A stretch of DNA of 64,000 bases from an uncultured Candidatus Saccharibacteria bacterium (GCA_964527235.1 CAZGNC010000002.1:82381-146380), one strand, 5' to 3'. Counted from the first letter of the stretch, positions 38,013-47,974 are shown. The notes: a model not told the origin generated them from the letters alone. Made by a program: numbers and translations.

Positions 38013-38771
38013 TTATACACTAAGTCCTCTTCTTTTTAATTCCTCTTCAAGTTCCATTAGCTCCTTTTCATCTTCCTCGGTCCAGATCTCCTCTTCCTTA
38101 ATACCAGCACTCGTTCTTTCGACTTCGGTAGTTGTTGTAGTAATGTTAGGGCTTGTTTCTGTGTCCGTTATTGTAGGTTCTATTTTTGCTAGACTTGTCG
38201 AATTCTCGATCTCGACACTGTCTGGGTCTATCGTTATTTCTCTTGATAGTGTTTGATCAACGAATTCTGTTTCTATCGAGTCATTTTCGGTCCTTTTCCT
38301 ACTCACTTTAATGCCCTTGTCCTTTGTTCCTAGATTTAACAAGGCTCTTTCTCTTAAAAGACTAATTCTTTTTCGATTAATGCCGCCTAGCTCTATATCT
38401 ATATCTCTTTTTTCCTTAGCCGTTTTTGAGGCGTCTTTTTTAGCTGAAAGATTTTTTATAGTTTTAATTACCGTAGGTAATTCCCTATTGATTTCTTTAA
38501 GCCTAGCTACGTCTTCTCCCTTGCGAACTCGTGCTCGGTCAGTATTCTCTATATCCAAAAGACCGTTTATTTCTTCAATCAACGCAATAAGGGCTTCTCT
38601 GTCTGGGCTGGCTTCTGGCGTTTTGCTTAGAAGGGCTTCAACTTTAGACTTTTGTGAGTAAAGATCCCCTAAGTTTTTATACATTAGGTCTTGTTCCGCT
38701 AACTCTGTTACCTCCGGCGATAGTGGTACGGATTCCTTAATCTTGGTTTCAATAGTAGGTTTCTCGTTCAT
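38013..38771 (-). CDS. Acidic coiled-coil protein, hypothetical. First gene of the long minus-strand array.
   Basis: 252 aa, E/K-rich with heptad-like regions. Confidence 0.55.
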   Translation of the reverse strand: MNEKPTIETKIKESVPLSPEVTELAEQDLMYKNLGDLYSQKSKVEALLSKTPEASPDREALIALIEEINGLLDIENTDRARVRKGEDVARLKEINRELPTVIKTIKNLSAKKDASKTAKEKRDIDIELGGINRKRISLLRERALLNLGTKDKGIKVSRKRTENDSIETEFVDQTLSREITIDPDSVEIENSTSLAKIEPTITDTETSPNITTTTTEVERTSAGIKEEEIWTEEDEKELMELEEELKRRGLSV

Positions 38772-38844
38772 TCTTTATATTATACAATTTTAGCCAGCTC
38801 TTGTCCTAATTTTTGACCCCAAAAAAGAATTATTTATGCAACAA

Positions 38845-38880
38845 TTGACAAATTAGGTCAAATTTTAGTTATCCACATTT
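38845..38880. promoter_or_regulatory. Operator-like palindrome TTGAC-N7-GTCAA (38845-38861) followed by a perfect DnaA box within TAGTTATCCACATTT (38866-38880), in the divergent promoter region
   Basis: Seen directly. The 15-mer is identical to the one at 9427-9441. Confidence 0.4.
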
Positions 38881-39110
38881 GCCTTGACTTGACCCACCGT
38901 CCGGGCTACCCTTAAAGGTATAGCTCTGTGTAGTGGCCCGAAAGAAGACGGTTGAACGCTGAAAAGACAGTAACCATCGTAGTACCCTTTGTTTGCAGTA
39001 CAATTTAGGTCGTCCTGTGATTCTATCCTTATTTTATAAGGCTTAGAAAGGAAATACTACGGTATTTTGTTTGATTTATTAAACCTCAATTTAAAATATT
39101 AACCCCTATT

Positions 39111-40184
39111 TTGGCCTTTTCCCTATTGTCTGGGGCGTTTTTTGTGCCGACCCAAGCTAGGGCTGGTTTCTTGTCATCTATGTTGGGAGAAGAGGCTTCT
39201 GCCAGTACAAACATCACTAATCCTTCGTTAGAGTCCAATTCTCAGAACATGGTTCTACTTGAGGCTAATGTGTTCTCTGTTTCATCTATAGCGGACAAAA
39301 AGGCTAAGAAAACTGAGGAATCAAGTGAAGTGACTGGCAACATCGAGGTGGCTATTATGTCTAACAATGCTCTCCTTCCCACCGTAGGCCCCCTCGGTGT
39401 GGTAGACGAGGCTGGAATTGGAGGGGACGTGTCTTCTGATCAGATAAGTGTGTATGTGGTTAGAAAAGGCGACTCCCTCTCTCAGATAGCAGAAATGTAC
39501 GGTGTTACGATAGACACAATCCTTTCAGCTAACGATATGCAAAAGGGAGATACTATAAAAGAAGGCGATGTTCTGCTTATTCTTCCTTTCTCAGGCATAG
39601 AACATGTGGTTGCAAAGGGCGATACTATTAAAGGCTTAGCAATTAAGTATAAAATTGAGGTTAATGATATTCTTGCTGCTAATGAGCTAGATGTTGATGA
39701 TAAGCTCGTTGTTGGCGATAAGCTTGTTATTCCTGGTGGTAGTTTGTCGGGTGGTGGCGTTGTCGGTGGCGGTATAGCAAAAGGAGGACCATCTTCTGGA
39801 GGCACACTTAAGAATGCTAATGGTTATTTCATTAATCCAGTTCCCAGCGCTCGAAAGTCTAGAGGAACAAATGCAACACATAAAGGTGTAGACCTGGCAG
39901 CTCCAGTAGGTACCCCTATATATGCTGCAGCTTCTGGAAGAGTAAAATTTGCGAGAAATGGATATAATGGTGGCTTCGGGAATCTTGTGATTATTTCTCA
40001 TCCCAATGGCACAGAGACTTTGTATGCTCATCAATCAAGTATCAAAACTAGCGTAGGTTCTCAAGTGAAACAAGGAGATGTTATAGGATATGTTGGCAAC
40101 ACTGGACGCTCAAGAGGTGCACACTTACACTTTGAGGTTCACGGAGCTAAGAATCCAGGCAATGACTGGTCTTGGAAGCGTTAA
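39111..40184 (+). CDS. Secreted peptidoglycan hydrolase: signal peptide, two LysM domains, M23 (LytM) metallopeptidase
   Basis: LysM repeats (YVVRKGDSLSQIAEMYGV.., HVVAKGDTIKGLAIKYKI..). M23 motifs HKGVDLAA and GNTGRSRGAHLHFEV. TTG start with a signal peptide (MAFSLLSGAFFVPTQARA). Confidence 0.85.
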   Translation: MAFSLLSGAFFVPTQARAGFLSSMLGEEASASTNITNPSLESNSQNMVLLEANVFSVSSIADKKAKKTEESSEVTGNIEVAIMSNNALLPTVGPLGVVDEAGIGGDVSSDQISVYVVRKGDSLSQIAEMYGVTIDTILSANDMQKGDTIKEGDVLLILPFSGIEHVVAKGDTIKGLAIKYKIEVNDILAANELDVDDKLVVGDKLVIPGGSLSGGGVVGGGIAKGGPSSGGTLKNANGYFINPVPSARKSRGTNATHKGVDLAAPVGTPIYAAASGRVKFARNGYNGGFGNLVIISHPNGTETLYAHQSSIKTSVGSQVKQGDVIGYVGNTGRSRGAHLHFEVHGAKNPGNDWSWKR

Positions 40185-40186
40185 GC

Positions 40187-40939
40187 CTATTCTAAAAACG
40201 TAAGAGAAAACATAAGACTAACTCCAACAAGAATCATCACTATTTGAATGATGGAGTTTTTTGTTTTCTTAGATTTTTGTAGTTCTGGTATTAGGTCTGT
40301 AAGAGCTATATAAATAAATCCACCTGCCGCTAGAGGCAATAGCCAGACGTCCACAATCTGTGCGATATCTTTAAAAAGAAATGCCACCATTACGCCCACA
40401 ATCGCAACTAAAGAAGAAAGAAAATTTAACCACAACGCGCGCCCCTTGCTGTAGCCTGAGTGTATTAACACGCCAAAGTCCCCTATCTCCTGAGGTATTT
40501 CATGTAAGACTACTGCTAGAGTTGTTGCTAGTCCAACAGGGATACTGATTAAAAAGCTTGCACCAATAATTATTCCGTCAATAAAGTTGTGAACACTATC
40601 GGAGACAAGCACCAACTGCCCAGCAGGGTGAATGTGTTTTTTCTCTTTATCCTCTGCTTCTCCATGGTGATGCCAGTGTAGGAATTTTTCCAAAATAAAA
40701 AACAAGAAAATACCTAAAATTATCAGCATGCTAGTCATGGGACCTGGCGCATTTTCCATTGCCTCTGGAATTAGGTGGATAAAAGCATCACCTAAAAGTG
40801 CACCAACAGCTAGACTAATAAACCAAAATACATATTTTCTAATAATTTCCTCCTTTAAGGAAAGCGAAAAAACTCCAACAAGGGATATTAGGCTTATCGC
40901 TACAACACTACCAAATGCATATATGTAAGTTGTTAACAT
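40187..40939 (-). CDS. zupT: ZIP-family zinc/divalent metal transporter
   Basis: HEIPQEIGDFGVL metal-binding motif with 8 TM. Confidence 0.8.
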   Translation of the reverse strand: MLTTYIYAFGSVVAISLISLVGVFSLSLKEEIIRKYVFWFISLAVGALLGDAFIHLIPEAMENAPGPMTSMLIILGIFLFFILEKFLHWHHHGEAEDKEKKHIHPAGQLVLVSDSVHNFIDGIIIGASFLISIPVGLATTLAVVLHEIPQEIGDFGVLIHSGYSKGRALWLNFLSSLVAIVGVMVAFLFKDIAQIVDVWLLPLAAGGFIYIALTDLIPELQKSKKTKNSIIQIVMILVGVSLMFSLTFLE

Positions 40940-40954
40940 TTTTTCAGTAAATTA

Positions 40955-43078
40955 TTAATTTGGACAATTAGTAGAAGACGCATGCGCGTTTGTGACCTTA
41001 GACACTCCTGTCGAATCTACGCACCAGTGGCTTTGCTCTGGGTCGTCGGTGATTAGCTTCGCTGATAATGCCCAGGCAGTACTAGAACTCCAGCAGGATA
41101 TCGTGTCTTTGATCTCGTTAGACTCATGTGTTTTTTTGACAGAGTCAATTGCCGATTTGATATTTTTGTCTGTGAATAAAGTATTCGCAGTATCGCATTT
41201 TCCTTTTGCAGAGGCTTTGCCATAAGAATTATTACTATCATAATATAGCTCACCATTAGCACGAATATTGGCGAGATTTGCTTTTATTGATGCGTTTGCA
41301 CCTGTATTCATGGCTTCTCCCAGTGGAGAGTTTTTGATAATATCTTTTAGATTTTTGGCGTTTGAGGGGGTATCAATTATAACTTCTTGGTTTATATCTA
41401 AAATAGAAAAAGTAAAAACTATATTGGCTTGCTTGTCAGATAGCTGGGTAACCTTTTCTGAAGGAACGACGCGCATTCTGTATTCAATTTGTGCCGGGAA
41501 TCCTGCTTTATCGGTCCACACTGTCAAGAATGTATTTTTATTGTAGTAATCAAAGATCTCTTCAAATTCGTTGCTTTCAAAATATTCAAGTAGGCCTGGG
41601 TCATTTATAATAAATTGATAATTTTTATATTCCCCGTTTGAAGCTTCTGCTAATAATTTCTTGTAAAATGGTACAACAGCCTCCTTGCGTATTTTAATAT
41701 CGTATCTGTATAATGTTCGGTCTGCGATTTTTTCACTTGATGGTTTTTTACCAAATTCGATTAATTTTTCTTCGTCAGCAAATTGCACCACTTTTTTTAT
41801 TATTTTAGAAAACTCTTCTTTGTTTTCTTTGTATGTTTGTTCCATTTCCGGCAATGACTTAGCTATCAAAGAAAGTTCATCGTATCTATTACTAGATTCT
41901 GATGCAGTAGTTAGTTTTACCCATTCTCCTTTCACAGACGATAAGGCTCCTAGGAATAAGCTAGGGATGTTGTTGATTTTTATAAAGTAATCGCTGTCTT
42001 TCTTTAGGGCATCGATGTTTACTTTGTATGTTAAATCTCCGAAATTTCCATTAGCATCAATGTTAAATTTCCAGTTAGATTTCTCTAGATCCGCAGCCGC
42101 TGACAAAGACATGTCTGCTGAAAGTTCTGCCGGAAGGTATGTAGTGTATTCTTCCATTTGTAATAGAAATGGTTTTGGGGGTTCGGGTTGTAGGTATAAA
42201 TAAGATTCACTTTCTTTGGTGAAAGTTACTTCCTGGCCAGAGATTGGTGTTCCTTCGTTGGTATAACCATAAGATTTTTTGATATTGGAGATTGCTTCTT
42301 TGGTTTCAAAAGAAACTTTAAGAGAAAAATTCTTCCCCCCGTCTGTAAGGGTGTATTGGTAAGGGTTGCCTGTTGCAGGGTCTTTTAAGGATGGTACAGT
42401 ACCATAAAAGTAGGTATTTTTACTCTTCAGATCTTGAAAAAATTTTTCCAAAGAGGAAGGTAGGGGTTCTTGGTATTTTAGTTGAGACAGTATAGAATTT
42501 ACGTCTTGTGCTCTCTTGTAGTCATTCGCGTATAATTTTTTCAATGCTTCATTATTAGAAATCTTTATTTCAAAGGGCTCAGCTCCTTCTTCTCGTGGAG
42601 TAATTGCGAGCGAGGCGGTGGCTTTATAAGAAGAAGATTGGATTTGTGTTGTTTTTTCTAGAATGCTACTTAAAAAGTTGGCTTCTGTGTATTGTTTTAT
42701 TCCAAAAGGCCCTATTTTTTCAAAATAAGCAAATGCGGTAGCACTTATTAAAATTGCCAACACAGCAAAACAAATAACATAAACAGATAGGTGTTTTTTG
42801 TTGTTTATTATTTGTGGTTGTTCGATTGGACTGCTGAACCCCTGAGGGTTGTTGACTGGGGTGTTTGTCGCAGTAAAAGTTGCTGGGTTTGCTGTTATTG
42901 GTGGTTGTAATGGGGGGTTGGGTTGTGTTTGTGGGTTTAATTTTACGAATTCAAAGGCAGCCATTACATCTGCCTCGACCCACCCACCGCCAGTTATTAG
43001 ATTTGTTTTTATTATTTCTTGCGAAACCCCCTGCGCTAACTGACTATAAACATAGTCGAGTAATTGTTTATTAGGCAT
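40955..43078 (-). CDS. Large (707 aa) single-pass membrane protein with Cys-containing C-terminal extracellular domain, hypothetical
   Basis: Soluble N-terminal domain, Pro-rich linker, a TM (HLSVYVICFAVLAILISATAFAYF) and a long ectodomain. No motif recognised. Confidence 0.6.
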   Translation of the reverse strand: MPNKQLLDYVYSQLAQGVSQEIIKTNLITGGGWVEADVMAAFEFVKLNPQTQPNPPLQPPITANPATFTATNTPVNNPQGFSSPIEQPQIINNKKHLSVYVICFAVLAILISATAFAYFEKIGPFGIKQYTEANFLSSILEKTTQIQSSSYKATASLAITPREEGAEPFEIKISNNEALKKLYANDYKRAQDVNSILSQLKYQEPLPSSLEKFFQDLKSKNTYFYGTVPSLKDPATGNPYQYTLTDGGKNFSLKVSFETKEAISNIKKSYGYTNEGTPISGQEVTFTKESESYLYLQPEPPKPFLLQMEEYTTYLPAELSADMSLSAAADLEKSNWKFNIDANGNFGDLTYKVNIDALKKDSDYFIKINNIPSLFLGALSSVKGEWVKLTTASESSNRYDELSLIAKSLPEMEQTYKENKEEFSKIIKKVVQFADEEKLIEFGKKPSSEKIADRTLYRYDIKIRKEAVVPFYKKLLAEASNGEYKNYQFIINDPGLLEYFESNEFEEIFDYYNKNTFLTVWTDKAGFPAQIEYRMRVVPSEKVTQLSDKQANIVFTFSILDINQEVIIDTPSNAKNLKDIIKNSPLGEAMNTGANASIKANLANIRANGELYYDSNNSYGKASAKGKCDTANTLFTDKNIKSAIDSVKKTHESNEIKDTISCWSSSTAWALSAKLITDDPEQSHWCVDSTGVSKVTNAHASSTNCPN

Positions 43079-43162
43079 TGTATATAGACTACTAAATAAT
43101 AATACTTACTTTATATTATCATGATTATTAGTGTCTCGGAGGGGATAACTATATTTTTTTTG

Positions 43163-43233
43163 TGCGGGATGGGAGAATCGAACTCCCAACCTCAGTTTGG
43201 AAAACTGACGTTTTACCATTAAACTAATCCCGC
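43163..43233 (-). tRNA. tRNA-Gly(TCC)
   Basis: Folded by hand: acceptor GCGGGAT/ATCCCGC, D-arm GTTT/AAAC, anticodon stem TCAGT/ACTGA with loop TTTCCAA, T-arm GGGAG-TTCGATT-CTCCC, 4-nt variable loop. Close to E. coli tRNA-Gly(UCC). Confidence 0.8.
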
Positions 43234-43292
43234 AGACCTGGTAGATTTATACCAGAAAAAGAGTTTAAAAACAAATTTCCTACGTAATGTCT

Positions 43293-45056
43293 CTAATCTC
43301 TCGGATGGGTGTGTTTTTGTTTTCGTGTCGGAATATACAGCATATCGATATATTCTTTTAGCATTCTGGAGGTTGAGAAATTGTTTAATATGAGATTTCT
43401 GGCGTTTTGCATTTTTTTATACCACACAGAGTTTTCTTTTTGAGTTATAAATTGTTGGTATTCAGGTATTATTTCTTTCTCAAGCAGATAGCGCAATTCT
43501 TCGCCGTTCTCAGAGCTGTTGACTACCCAGCCTATTCCCCCCGCTTCTACTTCACTGATCCAGCCGTCGTTGGTCGATAATGTAAGTGCACCGTTTAGGG
43601 CAGCTTTCATGCCACTAGTGCCACAAGCCTCTCTACCTATAACTGGAGTGTTGAGCCACATATCAGCCCCCATGGTTAAGATAGAAGCAACCTCTGTGCT
43701 GTAATTAGGAATGAATACTGCAATCCCCTTTAATTTTTCTTCGATGGCTTTTTTAATCACAGAAACCAAAGGGCTCTCATTTTCTCCAGTAGGTCCCGAA
43801 TAAATAATTCTTATTGGGACGGGAGAATTATTTGTAATTTCTAAGATTTTATCAATGTTATCTATGAAAAGCATGGGTTGCTTATAGTCAACCATACGTC
43901 TTGCCCATACTAGAATTAGGTCATTTTCTCCCCAGGTTTGACCAGTTTGTTTGGTCACAAAATTTAACAGAAGTTTTTTATTCTCAGTGTGTTGTTCTAA
44001 AAGGTTTAAATCTGAGTTGTCTTTAATCTTGTCCCATCTCTTAATAAATATGCCGTTGGTAACATTCTGCATTTTTTCATCGGGCCAGACCTTTTTTGCT
44101 TTTTCTAAGTGAAGTTTACTAACAGTGTTTGATTTGTTTGAGAGTCTAAATGACAGAGTTGTCATCGACAAAAGATTTGAATCATAGTTGATAGCTCCAA
44201 GATCTGCGATGTCTTTACCTTCTAATCCCATTTCTTCAGCATATTGGGCCATGTATTGGGCTACTTTTTCTGACAAGAATTGTTCTTGTCCCGCAGCAAC
44301 AAGGGTGTGGTTAGTGAAAACTATATGCTTTCGTGCGTAAGTGCACGCATCTTCAAAGCTTGCACGCTGGTGTTCCATTTCATGCCTTACTAGCTCTAGT
44401 GCTAGAAATGCCGAGTGCCCTTCATTTAGATGGTACACTGATGCATGTATGCCGAGCTTGGCTAGTAATCTAAATCCACAAATTCCTAGAATTATCTCTT
44501 GTTTTAGTCTGGTGTCACGATTCTCCGCATATAGATATTTTGTTATTTCTATATCCTCTGCTGAGTTCTCTGGTGTATCAGTATCTAGTAGGTAAACTTT
44601 CGCATTTCCTTCTTGCCAAAGCCAAGCCCTCACAGATATCATTCTATTTTCCATAGGCAATGAAACGATTATTTCTTTACCATTAGTGTCTACAACTTTC
44701 TGTAGGTTGTGACGGTGCTCATCAGTAGATAGATTACTCTGAGCTTTTTGGTAGAGTAGGCCAACAGCCACAAGTGGGAAATCTTGCATTGCAGTTTCAC
44801 GAATGTAGTCCCCTGCTAAAATACCAAGCCCGCCGGCGTATGTAGGAAGCGCTGAGTCTAGAGCGTATTCAGCAGAGAAATACGCTACGGGGTTCTTGGA
44901 GAATGCTTTGTATTCTTCGCCATTTTTAAATTCAGAAAACCATCTTTCAGTTTCTAGTGACAGCTTGTCGACACTTTTATCCCCCTCTCTGTTCTGGTTG
45001 CCCGCCACGAATTTCGTAATACTTTGCTTTATATTTTTCAATAGTTGATTCAACAT
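43293..45056 (-). CDS. Alpha-glucan phosphorylase (GT35, short archaeal/thermophile-type)
   Basis: AYFSAEYAL...PTYAGGLGILAGD is the GT35 signature; 587 aa. Its 5' end overlaps the upstream GH57 gene by about 80 nt. Confidence 0.75.
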   Translation of the reverse strand: MLNQLLKNIKQSITKFVAGNQNREGDKSVDKLSLETERWFSEFKNGEEYKAFSKNPVAYFSAEYALDSALPTYAGGLGILAGDYIRETAMQDFPLVAVGLLYQKAQSNLSTDEHRHNLQKVVDTNGKEIIVSLPMENRMISVRAWLWQEGNAKVYLLDTDTPENSAEDIEITKYLYAENRDTRLKQEIILGICGFRLLAKLGIHASVYHLNEGHSAFLALELVRHEMEHQRASFEDACTYARKHIVFTNHTLVAAGQEQFLSEKVAQYMAQYAEEMGLEGKDIADLGAINYDSNLLSMTTLSFRLSNKSNTVSKLHLEKAKKVWPDEKMQNVTNGIFIKRWDKIKDNSDLNLLEQHTENKKLLLNFVTKQTGQTWGENDLILVWARRMVDYKQPMLFIDNIDKILEITNNSPVPIRIIYSGPTGENESPLVSVIKKAIEEKLKGIAVFIPNYSTEVASILTMGADMWLNTPVIGREACGTSGMKAALNGALTLSTNDGWISEVEAGGIGWVVNSSENGEELRYLLEKEIIPEYQQFITQKENSVWYKKMQNARNLILNNFSTSRMLKEYIDMLYIPTRKQKHTHPRD

Positions 45057-46467
45057 CTTTGTGTGGTATTTCTACTCTTAATAAGTCTATCGCATTAATC
45101 GTATCATAAATATCTAATTTGTTTTCTAGTTTAAACATAGCATCACGCCAAAGGATTGCTTTCTCGTATTCGTGTCTTTCCACTGCTTGTTGTTCTAAGC
45201 CCTTCATCATGTCGATAAAAGCATAATAAACTCCCTCCTCGGCTCCACCCTTGCCGACTGTTCTGTCCTTAAATGGTATCCTGAGTATGTCTTTTTGTGA
45301 TTGCATCATCATGCGAATCTTCCCTGTTCTTTGCCAATTAAATGCAGTAGAAATAATCTTTTCATAAAAATCTCTCCCCTCTTCTATTGTTTCTTTTTGA
45401 ACATTAGGTACATGCCTTAGGGTGTCTAGCAAGTTGTATGCGCCGTACTCAATCATTTCCAAGCTCCACCATGGTTTTGCTGAGGCCCACCAGAAATGAT
45501 CTGAAGCCAAAGACATGTCCATTTTTTCGCGCACTAGTTCGTATCGTGGGTGCGATTTGTCCATTTTGTAAACTTCTTGTAACACGAGTTCTGTGAGTTC
45601 CCACTGCCATTTATGGATTATATTTTCTGGGTCATTCCAAGATAGAAACTGAATTCCATGCTCTATATCTTCCTTGCTTGACGCCCATGTTGCCTTGGCT
45701 GGAGCTATTTCTTTTTCTTCTTTGTAAAATTCTTTTACCTCAGAAATTTTAATTAATTCAAATTCTTTTGTTTGAAAAACTTCAAAAAGCATTTTCTCAA
45801 GTCCTGGTCTGTGGTGACCGAAAGTTTCAGCGTCCATCGCTGTGACTATGTAGTTACCAGTTGCGAGATCGTCCTTCATTGCGTCGTGGAGAGTGTCGCT
45901 TGATCTCACGACAGCACTCATTATTAAATTACTTAGTCTTCTACTGCGAAAGAATACCTGCATATCTGTGTCTTGTAATTTATATATTTGACTATAGTCT
46001 ACTTGCCCCACTTGGCCTCCACAGGATATCTCATCTAATATTATCCATTTAAAACCAAGCTCGTTTAGGATTCTGCCAATTCTCTCATCGTAAGCCATTT
46101 CTGGTGCGAAAAATCCATTAGGTGAATACTCTCCCAGAAAACGTTTTAAGGTTTCTGTGTTGAGTGTTATTTGTCTTTTAATTTCGTCGTCAGAAAGTAA
46201 TGGTAACAGCGCATGATATTTTGCTGAGCCTGTAATTTCTATCCTGCCTTCGTCTACTAAGGTTTTGATATCTGCGATTATGTCGTTGTGTTCGTATTTA
46301 TGAAGAAGCTCGAACAGGGCGCCGTTTATATTTACGGATAGTTTAACTTCCTTATTTTTTTTGATGCCATCGATTATTGGTCGATAGCTTTGGGCTACGA
46401 TAGCCTCAAGTATATCCGGTTGTTGATTAACAGGTTGATAAAAATGTAAGAAGTTTGCCCATTTCAT
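44977..46467 (-). CDS. Glycoside hydrolase family 57 protein (alpha-glucan branching-enzyme-like)
   Basis: N-terminal ANFLHFYQP motif (GH57 HxHQP-type) and a TAMDAETFGHH catalytic region; 496 aa. Confidence 0.75.
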   Translation of the reverse strand: MKWANFLHFYQPVNQQPDILEAIVAQSYRPIIDGIKKNKEVKLSVNINGALFELLHKYEHNDIIADIKTLVDEGRIEITGSAKYHALLPLLSDDEIKRQITLNTETLKRFLGEYSPNGFFAPEMAYDERIGRILNELGFKWIILDEISCGGQVGQVDYSQIYKLQDTDMQVFFRSRRLSNLIMSAVVRSSDTLHDAMKDDLATGNYIVTAMDAETFGHHRPGLEKMLFEVFQTKEFELIKISEVKEFYKEEKEIAPAKATWASSKEDIEHGIQFLSWNDPENIIHKWQWELTELVLQEVYKMDKSHPRYELVREKMDMSLASDHFWWASAKPWWSLEMIEYGAYNLLDTLRHVPNVQKETIEEGRDFYEKIISTAFNWQRTGKIRMMMQSQKDILRIPFKDRTVGKGGAEEGVYYAFIDMMKGLEQQAVERHEYEKAILWRDAMFKLENKLDIYDTINAIDLLRVEIPHKDVESTIEKYKAKYYEIRGGQPEQRGG

Positions 46468-46476
46468 ATTTATTTT

Positions 46477-47970
46477 TTAGGAATTGAATTGATTAATTGC
46501 TTTTCGGAATAATTTTTCGTATTCTTCAGCTGATTTTTCCCATGAAAAATTCTCCTTCATGGCACGTCGCTGTATTTCATGCCAGATTTTTGGATATTTA
46601 TGTACTTCATAGGCACGTACTAGTGCTGTAAGGAATGCATATTTATCATAGTCTTCGAACACAAATCCAGTTCCAGGTTCTTTGTCAGAGGTGTGGTCTG
46701 TCACACTGTCAGCAAGCCCCCCAATTTTTCTTACTACTGGTATTGATCCATAGCGCATGGCTTCCATTTGAGTTAGTCCACAAGGTTCAAAACGAGACGG
46801 TATGAGCATCACATCTGCTCCAGCATATATTGTGTGTGGCAAAAGATTGTCGAAAGACAGATGAGTTGCAACGGTGTCGTACTTTTTATCTAGCTCGCTA
46901 AAGAACGATACAAAACGTGGCTCCCCTGTGCCGAGGACCACCAATTGCATGTTCAAGTTTTTCAAGAGTGGTTCTATTGAGTCAGCAACCAAGTCCAATC
47001 CTTTTTGCTCTGACATTCTAGAAACAATTCCTACAACGAAAGCGTCTTTGTCTTCAGGTAGGTTGAATTTCTGTTGCAAAACTTTTTTATTTTTTGCACG
47101 TTCACCCAATCGTCTTGCGTCATATTTAAATTCTACGTAAGGATTATTGGATGGATTGTAGTTTTCGTAATTTATACCGTTTAAAATCCCGAATAATCTT
47201 GAACGCCTTTCTTGTAGTAGCGGGTCGAGGAGTTCGCCATACTCTGGAGTGGTGATTTCTCGAGCATAGGATGGCGATACAGTACTTATGACATCGGCGT
47301 AGCGTATACCTCGGCGCATGAAATTAAGCTTTGCCATTTTAGGGTCAGCTATTGGTGGAATTGGCGACTGCCCATCATCGTAGTCTAGCTCGCTTACGTA
47401 TTTGTGGTCGAAGTTACTCTGATAGTGAATATTGTGAATAATCAATACGCAGGAAATTTTAGAAATTATAGAATCTTTTAAGTATTCGGTTTTTATATAA
47501 TTTGGGATAAGTCCTCCCTGCCAATCATTCGCAACTATAATATCTGGGTGCCAGTCATTTTGTGGATGACGGAGGAATTCTAGTGCACCTCTTGAAAGTA
47601 ATGCCCAACGAGATGGGTCGTCATCATAGCCATAGACACTACCCCTTTTCTCATAGTATTCTTGATTTTCCAAGAAGTAACTAGTAGATACTGCGCCATT
47701 GCTGTATTTTTTAACATTGCAAATTGAGCCAATGCTTGATCCAAAGTTTGGTATTTGAATCCCCTCTACAACATATTCCATTGGGAATTCTGTTTCATCA
47801 ATCGAAGAATATTTAGGAGTCATGGTCCTAACGTCGTGCCCCATTTCAGTCAATGCCTTTGGTAGCGCATAAAGTACTTCTCCTAATCCCCCTACCTTAA
47901 CAAATGGTGCAACTTCTGAACCTACAAATAAAATTTTTAAAGCGCTTTGTTTTGTAGAAAATATTTTCAT
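46477..47970 (-). CDS. glgA: Glycogen/starch synthase (GT5)
   Basis: N-terminal EVAPFVKVGGLGEV (KxGGL motif) and C-terminal GT-B Rossmann features; 497 aa. Confidence 0.85.
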   Translation of the reverse strand: MKIFSTKQSALKILFVGSEVAPFVKVGGLGEVLYALPKALTEMGHDVRTMTPKYSSIDETEFPMEYVVEGIQIPNFGSSIGSICNVKKYSNGAVSTSYFLENQEYYEKRGSVYGYDDDPSRWALLSRGALEFLRHPQNDWHPDIIVANDWQGGLIPNYIKTEYLKDSIISKISCVLIIHNIHYQSNFDHKYVSELDYDDGQSPIPPIADPKMAKLNFMRRGIRYADVISTVSPSYAREITTPEYGELLDPLLQERRSRLFGILNGINYENYNPSNNPYVEFKYDARRLGERAKNKKVLQQKFNLPEDKDAFVVGIVSRMSEQKGLDLVADSIEPLLKNLNMQLVVLGTGEPRFVSFFSELDKKYDTVATHLSFDNLLPHTIYAGADVMLIPSRFEPCGLTQMEAMRYGSIPVVRKIGGLADSVTDHTSDKEPGTGFVFEDYDKYAFLTALVRAYEVHKYPKIWHEIQRRAMKENFSWEKSAEEYEKLFRKAINQFNS

Positions 47971-47974
47971 AAAT

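Noticed and set aside
38880-39060. ydaO/c-di-AMP riboswitch upstream of the LysM-M23 hydrolase gene
   Set aside because: The conserved ydaO elements (GGGGxACC...CGGGGUGAAUC and CCGAACCCGCCAGCUAACC) are not present. Kept only as a generic structured-leader candidate.
43163-43233. Initial reading of this tRNA as tRNA-Trp(CCA)
   Set aside because: Careful folding places the 5-bp anticodon stem at TCAGT/ACTGA, making the loop TTTCCAA with anticodon TCC (Gly). The Trp reading required a mispaired stem.
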